A stretch of 64,000 nt of DNA from the human T2T-CHM13v2.0 reference genome, Homo sapiens. Where the stretch lies: assembly GCF_009914755.1 (NCBI RefSeq), contig NC_060927.1; one strand, written 5' to 3'. Numbering within the stretch: position 1 is the first letter of the stretch; each line of letters begins with the position of its first letter. The translations under genes were made by a program, and so were the position numbers. A model generated the notes under the pieces. That model was given only the letters and a program-made list of their open reading frames with translations. It ran no database searches and was not told where the DNA came from. Positions 15,954 to 29,566 of this stretch are shown one piece after another.

Positions 15954-18659
15954 AATACTAAGTGAAATAATTTGGTTTGTATTCTTAAAACCTCCCCACA
16001 TTATTAGCCTGACATGAATTAGTTTTCCATTGTGATTTAAACACAGTATTATTGTTGGTGCTATTAGCAGCACTGGTGATGTAGCAGTTAAAAGAGTGCT
16101 CCCCATTGTCTCCTGGAATTTTTTCTAAGTCACTGAAACCATAACAAGAGTTTTCATGTTGGCACTTTCTTGATCTTACTAGAAGATGTCAATGGAGAAT
16201 TTTCAAACAGAAAGACTTGTGTTGTTTCTTTAAATGGTCCTTAAGTTAAAGATTGTTGACTAAACATTCAAAGGATTTCAATTGTTCAGCCACTCACCAA
16301 GAATAACAACAAAAAATGTTTGTGCATATACAAACATCAACAGCTACATAATCACTGCTGTTTTTCTGAGAATGACTGTCAAAATTTTATTAATTATAAG
16401 ATATTTTTGATTTTCCTAGTTGATAAAATGTAAAAAAGTTTATTTGAAAAGCTTTAAAGAAATATCAAAATGTTTGATAAATAAAAATAAATTTTTATAG
16501 AGAAAAAGGCTAGTCTTTTTACTTAAGTCTCAGCTCCATCATATATTATCTATATGGCCTTCTTTAAGGCATTGACCTTTTTATCTGTAAAACAAACATA
16601 ATTTGACTTGCAATCATTGTATGTGACTGTGTACATGGGTGAATGGATGGTCATGTGTACAGCATCTTGTGTATGTCAATTCAGCTATCTGAGTCTGAGG
16701 TTTGAAAGAACCAAAATTGGGGAAAGAAAGGAACATCAAAAGATTCATGAATTAGATCCCTTTGGAAAAGGCAGACCAAATTTAAAAATTTCATCAAAGA
16801 AGAAAATACAGATACGTAATATTGGTTTTGGCCAATAAATGTAACCTGTTGAGAACAGAGGAGAAAAGTTGATGAGGAAAGAGAGAAAATAGCTCAAAGA
16901 GAGAAGCATATGCCTGCATTGGACATTCTGGTTGGGTGATCTCAGAAAGCTTGCGTCAAGGTCCATTTGTCTGACCTGGGATGTGTGGTCACACAAGTCC
17001 AGGAACAGTCATTGTTTGTGACGCTGAAGACTCAGGGGCCTCCTTTTTCCATTAAACTGGATTCCAAAGTCCCTCCTGTCAGAAAAAAAAAAAAAAAGAA
17101 ACACTGCTTCAGCTTTTTTGGTTCTTATTTACAAATTGGCCTGTTGGTCTCTTCTTATCCTAAGCTCCTGAAAGTATCTGGACTTAGAAAATGAGGTCAG
17201 TGCCAGAGAAAAGTAAGGCAGAGGGAGCAAGCTACCTCCCTCCTGCCCCACATCCAAGGATCACAAATGATTCAGAGAGCTGAATAAGGCATTGTATATT
17301 TCATTTACAATGATTGTACAACAGCTGTATAATCGATGTTGTTGAAGATATGAATGTTGCTCAGAGTGTAGCATAAATGTCCACAGTGAGCTGCAAATGT
17401 GAATAAGAATGGCCCTGCCTGCATAGTAATTGGTATTATTACTGGAATGAATGGGAAAGCCACATATGGATGAATGGGTGGGGCTACAAAAGGGTATAGC
17501 CTGAGAGACAAATGGTAGCTTTTCTTTTCTCTTATCCATGCCTGTTATTTCAAATAACCATCCACAGTAGGTGGAGGAAAAGGGATAGAAAGTAGGAATA
17601 TAGTGGAGAAAGCGTGAAGCTGCTTATCTACTACTTTATATCATGCCCCTTCCTGTCTGCCAGTGCCCACACTTATTAATTATAATAGAGTATATCACAC
17701 ATCCCCTCCTGGAAAAAACAAAATCTGTCTGTTACAAAGGGTAGAAGGATAGACTCAGGTGAAGGGTGTGGGGGTGGGGGGAGACATAGGGAAGAGAAAC
17801 ACTTCAGGTTAATTGGAGCTGAGAATATAAAATACTCGTCTTAAAGTGTGTGCTTCAGTTATGAGAAGGAAAGTGTCGAGATCATAATGTTTTCTGTGCA
17901 AGATTCAACACAGCATGGGTGTTTTAAAACAAGCAGTAATCATTTCTCATGGAGAAATTATAAGCAGCAGCTCCAGGCTCAGGACAAGCGCATGGGAGAG
18001 CCGTTCTTTTCATTTCTCTAGAAAGGCACAAGGAGAAACACGGTAGTTAGCAGATGAGTCCCTTGAACCAAATGGCAGAGTTACTGACGAAGAGAATTAT
18101 ATAGTTCAATTTACTTATTGCTTTATTCATTCAGAAAGAAATGACACTGAATTCTCCTGGAATTTTACATATTAGGAGGGAAGAAATTTTGGTTTTAAAA
18201 ATCAAACTGTCTGGCTTCTGCAGAGGTTGCAAAGCAAATTGGTCAACTTCATAATCAGGAAATAACAGAAAATTGTTAAATGATTTATTTGGCAAAGCTG
18301 GCTATGTTATTTCTTTTAGAGAAGAGACCTTTTCAGCCTGATACAAAAACAGCCTTTGCCCTGATAGACACAGTTTTTGTTTGCTTGCTGTCATCCTGGG
18401 TGCACCTATGTGGCATCTGAATCACTATTAGGTCTCTGTTTAAAGATTCATTTTTTTACCAGAAATAATTTCTCTAGAGTAATAAACAATGCACTGCATA
18501 ACACCACTTTAAAAATTCTTAGAAATAACTGCAAGGAAATTAGTTACAATTATTCACATAGTTCCTCAAAATGGTAGCACATAAGAAGAAAGAGGGGTCC
18601 CTCTCACCCGTTTTTTGAAGACCATCTTTGTTTACTTCATTCCCAAGTATTAAGAGATT

Positions 18660-18850
18660 GCATGATCCATTTGCATAGGATAACTAACATATACCACATC
18701 ATTTGCACGTCTGCAAGTACACGTGAGTAACCGTAATTACACGTGACACCAATTACTCTATTACTTTGTATTAAATTATAATGGAAAATTCCACTAGAGA
18801 ATTGAAGCCTAATTGCATCTTAATTTGCATAATTTTGCATATTAATTACA
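18660..18850. promoter_or_regulatory. Candidate enhancer: POU octamer, E-box and homeodomain motif cluster
   Basis: ATTTGCAT at 18669-18676 and 18823-18830; near-octamers at 18701, 18811 and 18833; CACGTG at 18720-18725 and 18740-18745; several TAAT/TAATTA. Confidence 0.45.
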
Positions 18851-19660
18851 TCTCAGATGAATAATAAATTTCAGCAGATTTTTAATTTATGCATAGACAC
18901 AAAAACAAGTGGAGAAATAATTTAGAAAAAAATACCAGCAACTATTACTTAGGGCATTCAACTAATTTTGCTTAGTTTAGCAAAACAAAACTTGGTTTGT
19001 TTAATATAGCATCTTTAGACTGATTGCTGTTTATTGCACAATATGTCAGTCTTGAAATATAGGTGTAGGCATGATTTTTCTTAATAAAAAAAGTGTTCAA
19101 TTGTAGCATTTTAAGTTCAGTTTTTTATATTTTGATAAAACTGTATTGGAGATAATATTGTTTCATTGGAAATATCTTTAGTTGTGATACACTTTGATTG
19201 AGACTTAATTTCTGTTGCAGTTATTTTAAATGCAGGGGATTATAAAAATAGAATATAAAAATATCTTTGTGAAGGAGATCACTAATAAAATATATCAAGT
19301 GTTTTCTTTCTTGAATTTACTATGAAGTCACTCAAGATTGTTTTAGTGATTTTTGCATGAATGATTCAGAGTGAGAAATTCCATGTGTTTCATTTTGTAG
19401 CATATAACAATTTAGAGGAATGGCTTTCAAAGATTACTACTATTTTCTGACTGTTTTCTTTGTTTCTCATTGCTTGCATGGTAAACAGTAACATTTGTTC
19501 TTAATTGCTAGAGACCTGGGTTTTAAATTTAGTCACCTTTACTTTGGATTTATTAAATAAACAGAAGGTATATTTCTCAGAGTTAATTAATGCATTTTAG
19601 TTACATAGCTGTATCTAGGTTGACAGTCGTTAAAAAAAAAAAGAAAAAAAACACCAACTT

Positions 19661-19737
19661 AGTGTTCCTCAAATGACAATATGTAACTGAAAATTCACTC
19701 AGTGTTCCTCAAATGACAATATGTAACTGAAAATTCA
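19661..19737. repeat. Perfect tandem duplication, 40-bp period
   Basis: agtgttcctcaaatgacaatatgtaactgaaaattca at 19661-19697 and 19701-19737. Confidence 0.97.
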
Positions 19738-22232
19738 TTTCGTCCACTTCTTGCCTAAACCCAATCCATATTGCTTTATACCTGCTGCCACTGTTAAAGG
19801 ATGGGCGGAAACCTTTAGCTCTGCCTCCACTAAGTCTAATACTATGATCATTTGCCAAATTATACAAAAAGAGAGGATGACACGTCCTAATAAATCAGGA
19901 AACTGTCAGGATTAATAATCTCAGCCGTCATCTGTTTTCCTATAAAAGCCCTACTGGCATCAAATATTTTCCAGTTTGTTTTGCAGTTCTGTTGGTGCAG
20001 AAACTGGACCTGTGCCAGCCTGGTGCCGTGCAACCTCAAAGAAGCCATTCTATATGTCTTTTATCGCATTAGTCTGAATTTCACAATTGTGCTGGTTCAC
20101 AACGCAGTGAGCAAGAAGTCTTTACAACATATGTTCCCCTTCTCCGGTTACCAATCATTGTTACAATTTGCTATTTGATAGGCAACACTTTGAGCTTAAA
20201 GGCTTAGATTTGTCTTTGTTTCCTAATGTTTCAATATTTTCTGTTTGCATCAAAAAAGTTTGCCTCATTCTTAGGCAAGCTAGAACCAATGGAAAAATAA
20301 AAACTCACCAGTGCTTTCTTTATTACATGAATTTCTATTAGGTGTTTGACTCTGGTCTTTGGTTTCTGTTGCCAGGTTACAGCCCTAGGAACATCTTTGA
20401 TTATTTGTATGTTTAAAAGCAGAAATAGTTTAGCTATCTAAAAGAACCGAATCGATGATTGCATGTGTTTTTTCACTTTTTTTGTTCAACCCTTTTGACC
20501 AGGTTCTTATATTAAAGAGAGATTTGAGCTGGATGAATGCCTCAAACCAACCCAGTCCTTCCAACATTTAAACAATGGTTCCCTCTTGTGGCTATGCTTC
20601 AATAGTGCGATTTAGGAAAGGAGGAAAGTAAAAATCTCGTGACTATAAAACAGATTTTGACAAGCATACTGTAGTAATCTACTTGCACCTTGTATTTAGA
20701 GGCATTCCCAGAACTCTCAAGTCTTTCTGATTTATTTTCAGTAAGGTGTAAGTTTTGGTGTTTGGGGTGAAAGAATAGCAAAGCATCCTGATGCTTATTT
20801 CCTGGTGGTATCAGAAAAATACTCTCCTATAGGGGATAGAGTCCACATTTTGGGACATTTTTGAATATGTTGAAGTGTATGTTGGAAAAAAGGCAGTTTA
20901 GGCTGTCTCTGTAGCTTTAGAAATAAATGTATAACTTCACTATTAAAAATATAAATGATTTCCTAAAGGAACATCCTAAGTGTACAATTAAATCTAGATT
21001 ATGCTTGTCCTTTCAGATTTTATCCTCAAAGATCATCTGAGAGGGGGTAAAAATCTTACAATTAACCAGCTCCTCTAAGATGATCTTTCCAAGCATCTTT
21101 GATATATGCTTTTAGAAATTTATTTTGAGTCAGATTTCCCCAGGGGCCACCATCTTACACTCTCCGAATTACTGTAAATAAAGAGCATTCTTCTGACACC
21201 GCAACTGTAAACAGCCCACAAATACTTTCTGTCTGTGTTAAGCTATGTTCAGAACAGCAACAGACATGTCCCTTAAGTAGATTTTTTTTTTCTTAAGACT
21301 GTGTTTAATGTAAAAGTAAAGTGTCGTTAGTAACAGAGACAAGAATCTGCACCAAGGTCATATGACTGTATCTACAAAAGATTGCAACCATCCACGCAAG
21401 TCGGATGCGATGTGTTTCAGTACACTTCAAAATTCTGAGTAATAAAAATGCCAACTTTCAATTTTACTTTAAGGATCCTTTTGAAAGAATGAAAGCATTC
21501 GTACTTGTCAAGCCATTTTCAAGCCACAATATTTCTCATTCACCACAGAGTTTATTTATTTGGAAGTTTAACATGGAAAATGAGGTTCGGGATGGAAATG
21601 GACATGATTTCTGTGTGTCGAAGGAGGGTGATAGAGAGCTAGTCGTCAAGAAGCAAGAGTATGGCGATAATATAATTACCGACAACATATCACTTAGTCT
21701 TCTGATTCCAAATGAACTCCTTCCGTTCCCTCCCTCATTTAGCACAGGCTCAGGCACCAAGTTACAAGTCTCTTCACTTCATTGCCAGGGCAGCTCCGCA
21801 TGTTTTGCTCATGAGCCTCCATTTTGTTTAGAAGTGCACACCTTTCTATTGTTAATAAAAACACAGGCAGTTAATTTTTCACTATTCACCTGCAAGATGA
21901 GTCACATCAAAAGCTCTCATAAGAGAGGAAGGTTATGTATTAAGGAAATAGGACTAGCATCAACTTAAGTTTCAGCAGATTCCAAAATTAAGAATGATTT
22001 TTCCCCCCTTAAAATAGTGAGCTTAAAAAGCAAAGTTATTTCCCATTTTGGTTCTCTGATGCCACTTTCTACCACGACTGGGCTTGGGAGGCACCTTTGC
22101 ACATGCATTTCCTTTTGTCAGATTCAACCCAGGTCTGCTCTGAAGCTTCCTGGGATTTAATGCGGAATCCACTATAATTATTTCCCTTGGACTTTTTCCC
22201 TTTCTTTTGTTCATTAAAAATGTATAAGACTA

Positions 22233-22499
22233 GGCTGGGGGTAGTGGCTCACGCCTGTAATCCCAGCACTTTGAGAGGCCTAGGCAGGCGGATCACCTGA
22301 GGTCTGGAGTTCGAGACCAGCTTGGACAACATGGTGACACCCCGTCTCTACTGAAAGAAAGGATACAAAAATTAGCCAGGCGTGGTGATGCGCACGTGCT
22401 GAGGCATGAGAATCGCTTGAACCTGGGAGGCGGAGGTTGCAGTGAGCCAAGATCATACCACTGCACTTCAGCTCTATCTCAAAAAAAAAAAAAAAAAAA
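22233..22499 (+). mobile_element. AluS with two internal deletions in the right arm
   Basis: Left arm intact (ggatcacctgaggtc); lacks about 20 nt around ctgtaatcccagctact and about 20 nt around ctgggcgacagagcgag; A tail 22481-22499. Confidence 0.9.
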
Positions 22500-23664
22500 G
22501 ACATGATTAAATGAAACAATGACCAGGAGATGTTCCTCCACAAATGTGTAGTGATTGATTACCCTCTTGTGGGTATTAAAAATGTCCATCAACTCGTTTT
22601 TTTATATGATCTGTACCATCAAACTGTTAATTGCTCCTTGCATTTGCTCACTTTTTGTCTCTGCTTCTGTCTCTCTCCCTCTCTGTTTGTCTGTTTCTCT
22701 CTTTCTTGATGAGATTATCAATGTAATTCACTTGCACAGGAAAAATAAAACCTAAAAAGCCAATTGGCTCCTTACCTTCCTCCTTCATTCTCTTAGGAAA
22801 TCACAGAGGCACTTGGAAGTTAGCAAAACAAAGAAGGAAATAGGGGAACTGTAACACAGAGGAAACCAGAATTTAATGATCCAGTAAAATGTCAACCAAA
22901 TATTCAGGCTTTGAGACTGACACTTATTTGCCAGCTTTTTATTAATATTTTGCCAAAAAAAGGTGAAAGAAATCCTGAGGATTACCTTATATTCTGACCA
23001 TTGTTTAATAAAGAGACTTTAGCAAAAAAAGAACAGGTAGAACATAATCTCAGAAAGAAAAAAAAAAGACATCCTTTTCCATTAGCTATATTTAGTTTTT
23101 AAAAATCATCACATTTATCTCATTTTTCTTCTTTTTCTTCTTTATGCTTTTATCAATTAGATCAGCTAAACTTCAATATACAGTAGTGCTAGTCTATAGA
23201 CCAAAATCTGGAATGCACAAGCTCACTATTTGTTGTTCTTTAGAGTCCTGGTCAAATTTACCTCTTTCAAGAGATTCTTCTTGATTTCCCATGTAAAAAT
23301 GAACAGTTGTTTCATCTAAGCTCCTATTCATTATTTTATTTTCATCTGTTTTATTTTGAATTTTATTGATACTACACTTACCTCCATCTCCAGATTGTAA
23401 ACTCCATGAGGTCAGGAATTCTTACTACTTATTCATTTTTTAAGGAGCACTCCATAAATGCCAGTTGACCAAATGAACCCAAATCTGACAGAAAAATATA
23501 TGATTTATGCACGAGCTGGTTTTTCCTTCCACGGAGCAATAACTCCTGGTAGGCACATAGAAGGGGGGTTAGGAATGTTAGGAAGGGAAATTGATCATCA
23601 TGCTGGCAATGGCACAGTGCCTAAAAGGAAGATGTAAATTCTCCAAATTGTTCTCTCTATTTAC

Positions 23665-23790
23665 ATATGTGTATTTATATATATGTGTGTATGTGTGTAT
23701 GTGTGTGTGTGTGTATTGAGGGTTTAACTTCCAATCCCCAGATATGTACACACATATGTAAATATGCACACACACATTACACATATATAC
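23665..23790. repeat. Compound (TA/TG/CA) low-complexity repeat
   Basis: tatatatatgtgtgtatgtgtgtatgtgtgtgtgtgtgt followed by CA/TA runs. Confidence 0.8.
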
Positions 23791-25041
23791 ATCAAGTTAC
23801 TGGAACTTTGCTCTAATTAAGAACACAACCTGAAGTTTCAATATGGAGAGGAAAATATGTATTTTTTATTGGCCTTGCTCTTGGTTAACCACTTTTATTT
23901 TTCAGATTCTCTTTGCTAAACCTGATTCCTGGTGTGCTATGATACAAAGATCTGTGGCTGTCATGGGGTTGCAGATTTTAGCATTAGAAAGGTGTTAGGA
24001 ATTTATCTGTCTCAGCTTTCCAAATGTATGGAACAGGAAATTGAGACCTAGGAAGACAAAACATCTAGGTCTTCTGACTTGCCAGCCAGTGCTTTTCCCA
24101 CTCAAACTATTAAATTGACAGAAGGGAAAATCATGTGGCAATTTGTGCTTTTAAAACAGAGAATTTTTAGAGGCAATCTAATTATTTTTATATTACATTA
24201 AGAAAGGAAGAAAGGGAAGAAGAGCGAGGCACCAAAATCAAGAAGGTAAGCTCTTTGGAAAACCTGGTTTTCATCAGCTGGTCATAACCTCTGGAGCAAA
24301 GACTGGGCCCAGAGGAATATTCCGGACTGATCTACTCTTGGCAGAAACTGCTTTTTGGGTGAGTAAGCCGCCCACTAGCCTTTTTTTTCTCCCATCATCT
24401 AGATAAAAATGAGTGTTTAAAAACTGTGCTAAAATTTTCAAAAACACCTTAAAAAGATTCCATTACTTAAAGTGATTTGGATAATTGTGTTCAATGGTAG
24501 CCATTATTTAAAAATATAATTAGTTGCTGAACTCAGAGAAGGAGGGAAATTTCTGCAGGTGTTTCTCATTATTTGCTATGCATACAAAATATCTGCATAA
24601 ATTACCATTATTATTCCAATGTATACTAAGAGACAATAAAGCATTAGCAAGCAAAGAAGAATGTTGTTGACCCACAGACTGTGAGAGAGAGGCCTGGATG
24701 CACAGTAATAGTGTGTTGGCCTTCAGTGCTGTTGCTGCACATGTGCAACCGCATTCAGAATTAAAAGAAACAATTTTGCACCTGTAACAATGTTACATAT
24801 GGAATGTAACTCCATCAGAAAGATATTTAAAATAGGGAAGGGGGCAGGGAGAAACAACAAAACAACTGGAAAAAAATAAGGCTATAATTGTTTCAAAAGG
24901 TTGACACACACTTAAACTAGGTATCTTGGATTTCTTTGAGTTTAAAGCCCTAGTAGAACAGACAACTGAATGTTTTTAAGTATGTGGTGCATTTGCTGTT
25001 TTTCTTTCATTATTGTTAGGGTTTGATGGCAATGTTATTGT

Positions 25042-25241
25042 CAGTATGGTCCAACAGAACTCTCTACAATGATGGAAATATTCCATAGCTGCACAATCCA
25101 GCAGTAGCCATTAGCCACATGTGGCTATTGAGCCCCTGAAATGTAACTGGTGCAACTAAGTAATTGATTTTTTACAGTTTAATGTTAATTAATTTAAATA
25201 TAAATAACCACATCTGGTGGCTAATATAATGGACAGCATAG
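25042..25241 (+). mobile_element. MER3 (hAT-Charlie non-autonomous DNA transposon)
   Basis: gtccaacagaact...gatggaaat...gtagccattagccacatgtggctattgag...ggacagca matches the MER3 consensus as recalled. Confidence 0.85.
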
Positions 25242-25284
25242 GGAAGTTAATTGCATTGAGTTGTCCTTGTCAATAAAAATGGTA

Positions 25285-25485
25285 ACTAATATCTTTTGAG
25301 TACTTACTACATACCAGGCACCGGGCTAAATATTATCTCATTTAATTAACACCACAACTGTATGAAGTAGGTACTTTTATGCTTGAGAAGACTGAGGTCC
25401 GTAGAAATTAAGGTATTTGTCTTGATGTCACCAGACCAGCATATGAAGGGGTCAAGATATAATCTAGGCAGTCTAACTCCAGATT
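25285..25485 (-). mobile_element. MIR
   Basis: ttgagtacttactacataccaggcac...gagaagactgagg...aggcagtctaactccaga. Confidence 0.7.
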
Positions 25486-25730
25486 TCTCCCTATGAACTC
25501 TTGTTAAGGTGGCATCAAGAAGCAACACACTGTTGAATTTACTCTACTAATCCACAATAAATCAACTTCTGTCAGTCTCTAATATGAAATCAAATGATAA
25601 ATGAATATGTGTCACATTGGAAGTAAAGATTATCCAGTGATCAATCCAACTCTTACCATTGACAAGAGGGAGGCCCAAAGCAGATGAGTTCAAATGTGTT
25701 AGTGCTTAGTAAGCTTAAAACCAAGGTCAT

Positions 25731-26060
<330 letters not shown>

Positions 26061-26247
26061 AAGGTCATTGTAATATATGCAAATGTAGTGAGTATCCCAA
26101 ACTGCACATCACATAGCAAACACTCAAAAAATGATGTGTGTGCATCTTCCAGGGAAATTTGATACAGCGACCAAAAAGGAAGATTTGGAAGAGATGTTGG
26201 GGCCTGATCATTTGGTGATGAAAAGCAAATGAAAAATACTGCCTGGA

Positions 26248-26668
<421 letters not shown>

Positions 26669-27029
26669 TTATAATTCTTGCATGGTATGAGTAACACTCT
26701 GCCAATATAGTATCCTCAGCCTCTTATAGTTCAAGAGTTCACAAACTGGTTCATGCTTAAGACCCATCCAAACAAGAGAGTGCTGCTAAGGGATAAGTCA
26801 AAGGAGAAAACAAGGCAGAAAATTGGTACATCTTACTTTTAATAACTCCCATATTATAATGGATATTAACAAAAACCTGTTTTAAGTCTTGCTGCCATAG
26901 CCTTTAGAATATTCTTAAAATTCATGCAATCTTTGTGGGGGTTCTGTACTTCTACATATATTTTGACTAAAATCGACTAGAATCTTTTGTCCAGATGGTA
27001 GAAGAAAACTTTCTTTTTGCCTTAGCTAG

Positions 27030-27190
27030 GTGCTTTACATATCTTAGGTAGGCAAAATTATTCACATTGGACTTCAGAGAGATTAAGTAATTCACCCAAT
27101 GACATCCAGCTAGTGAGTGAGAAAATCAAGATGTGAACTCAGATCTATCAAGTTCCAAAAATTGTCACTCTCTACTGCTCTGACCTGCTC
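27030..27190 (-). mobile_element. MIR relic
   Basis: cagagagattaagtaattcacccaatgacatccagctagtgagtga...tgaactcagatct. Confidence 0.6.
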
Positions 27191-27243
27191 CCCACTGCCA
27201 TATAGTATTGTGTGTGATCTGGGCTTAAAATTATGAATATAGT

Positions 27244-29566
27244 TGTATTAGTCCATTTTCATGCTGCTGATAAAGACATACCTGAGACTGGGCAATTTAC
27301 AAAAGAAAAAGGTTTAATGGGACTTACAGAACCACATGGGTGGGGAGGCCTCACAATCATGGCAGAAGGCAAGAAAGAGCAAGTCACATCTTACATGGAT
27401 GGCAGCAGGCAAAAAAATCTTGAGCAGGGTAACTCCCCTTTTTTTAAAACCATCAGATCTTGTGAGATTCATTCACCACCACAAGAACAGCACAGGAAAC
27501 ACCTGCCCCTGTAATTCAATCACCTCCCACTGGGTTCCTCCCACAACACTTGGGAATTGGTGGAATTACAAGATGAGATTTGGGTGGGGACAGAGGGCCA
27601 AACCATATCATTCCACCTGTGGCCCTTCCCAAATCTCTTATCTTCACATTTCCAAACCAATCATGCCTTTCCCACAGCCCCCCAAAGTTTCAACTCATTT
27701 TGGCATTAACTCAAAAGTTCACAGTCCAAAGTCTCAAACATGACAAGGCAAGTCTCTTCCGCCTACAAGCCTATAAAATCAAAAGCAAGTTAGTTACATC
27801 CTAGGCACAGTGGGGGTAGAGGCATTGGGTAAACACAGCCATTTCAAATAGAAGAAACTGGCCAAAACCAAGGGGCTACAGGCCCCATGCAAGTTCAAAA
27901 TCCAACGGGGCAGTCAAATCTCAAAGCTCCAAAATGATCTCCTTTGACTCTGTGTCTCACATCCACATCCCACTGATGCAAGAGGTGGGTTCCCATGGTC
28001 TTGGGCAGTTCCACCTCTGTGGCTTTGCAGGGTATAGACCCCCTCCTGGCTGTTTTCATGGGCTAGCATTAAGTGTCTGTGGCTTTTCCAGGTGCACTGT
28101 GCAAGCTGTCAGGGGATCTACCATTCTGGAATCTGGAGCATGATGACCCTCTTCTCACAGCTCCACCACGCAGTGCCCCAGTAAGGACTCTGTGTGTGGG
28201 GGCTCCCACCCCACATTTTCCTTCTGCACTGCCCTAGCAGAGGTTCTCCATAAGGGTCCTGCCCCTGCAGCAAACTTTTGCCGGGGTATGCAGGCATTTC
28301 CATACATCTTCTGAAATCTAGGTGGAGGTTCCCAAACCTCAGTGATTGACTTCTGAGCACCTGCAGGCTCAACACCACATGGAAGCTGCCAAGGCTTGGG
28401 GCTTCCGCCCTCTGAAGCAACAGCCCAAGCTGTATGTTGGCCCCTTTTAGTCAACAGCTGAAGCATCTGGGACACAGGTCACCAAGTCCCTAGACTGCGC
28501 ACAGCAGAGGGATCCTGGGCCTGGCCCACTAAACCATTTTTTCCTCCTAAAACTCTGGGCCTGTGCTGTGAGGGGCTGCCATGAAGACCTCTGACATGCC
28601 CTGGAGACATTTTCCCTATTGTCTTAGGGATTCACATTCAGCTCCTCATTACTTATGCAAATTTCTGCAGCCAGCTTGAATTTCTCCTCAGAAAATGGGA
28701 TTTTCTTTTTATCAAATTGTCAGGCTACAAATGTTTCAAACTTTTATACTGTTTCCCTTTTAAAACTGAATGTTTTTAACAGCACCCAAGTCACCTCTTG
28801 AATGCTTTGCTGCTTAGAAATTTTTTCCACCAGATACCCTAAATCATTGCTCTCAAGTTCAAAGTTCCGCAAATCTCTAGGTCAGGGGCAAAATTCTGCC
28901 ACTCTCTTTGCTAAAACATAGCTAGAGTCATCTTTACTCCATTTCCCAACAAGTTCCTCATCTCCATGTGAGACCATTTCAGCCTTGATTTCATTGTCCA
29001 TATCATTATCAGCATTTTGTTCAAAGCCGTTCAAGTCTCTAGGAGGTTCCAAACTTTCCCACATTTTCCTTTCTTCTTCTGAGCCCTCCAAACTCTTCCA
29101 ACCTTTGCCTGTTACCCAGTTCCAAAGTCACTTCCACATTTTTGGGTATATTTTCAGCAGTGCCCCACTCTACTGGTACCAATTTACTACATTAGTCTGT
29201 TTTAATGCTGTATGTCATAAAGACATACCTGAGACTGGGCAATTTACAAAAGAGCAAGGTTTAACTAGACTTACAATTCCACGTGGCTGGGGAAGCCTCA
29301 CAATCATGGTGTAAGGTGAAGAGGAGCAAGTCACATCTTACATGCATGGCGGCAGGCAAAGAGAGCTTGCCCAGGGTAACTCCCATTTTTTAAAACCATC
29401 AGATCTTGTAAGGCTCATTCACCACCACAAGAACAGCACAGGAAAGAACCCACCACCCCCACAAAAAGAATTCAATCTCCTCCCACTGCGTTCCTCCCAC
29501 AACATGTGGGAATTGTGGAAGTTACAAGATGAGATTTGGGTGGGGACACAGAGCCAAACCATATCA
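27244..29566 (-). mobile_element. Complete THE1 (THE1C-like) ERVL-MaLR provirus: 3' LTR 27244-27610, internal 27611-29187, 5' LTR 29188-29566
   Basis: Two homologous LTRs of about 370 bp (tgtattagtcc...aaccatatca); 1.6-kb THE1-int with a MaLR ORF remnant (28882-29091, EGSEEERKMWESLE); TSD atagt/ataat (27239-27243 and 29567-29571). Confidence 0.93.

Noticed and set aside
15710-16420. Possible Tigger/pogo-like DNA transposon relic (ttctaagacacc...tataagatgcatc)
   Set aside because: Too diverged to assign a family or boundaries by eye
19661-19737. 37-nt direct repeats as a CRISPR-like array
   Set aside because: Only two copies separated by 3 nt, no spacers, and a human context
24240-24365. Plus-strand splice donors (AAG|GTAAGC and TGG|GTGAGT) suggesting exons
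   Set aside because: Acceptors are weak and I could not build a consistent exon chain
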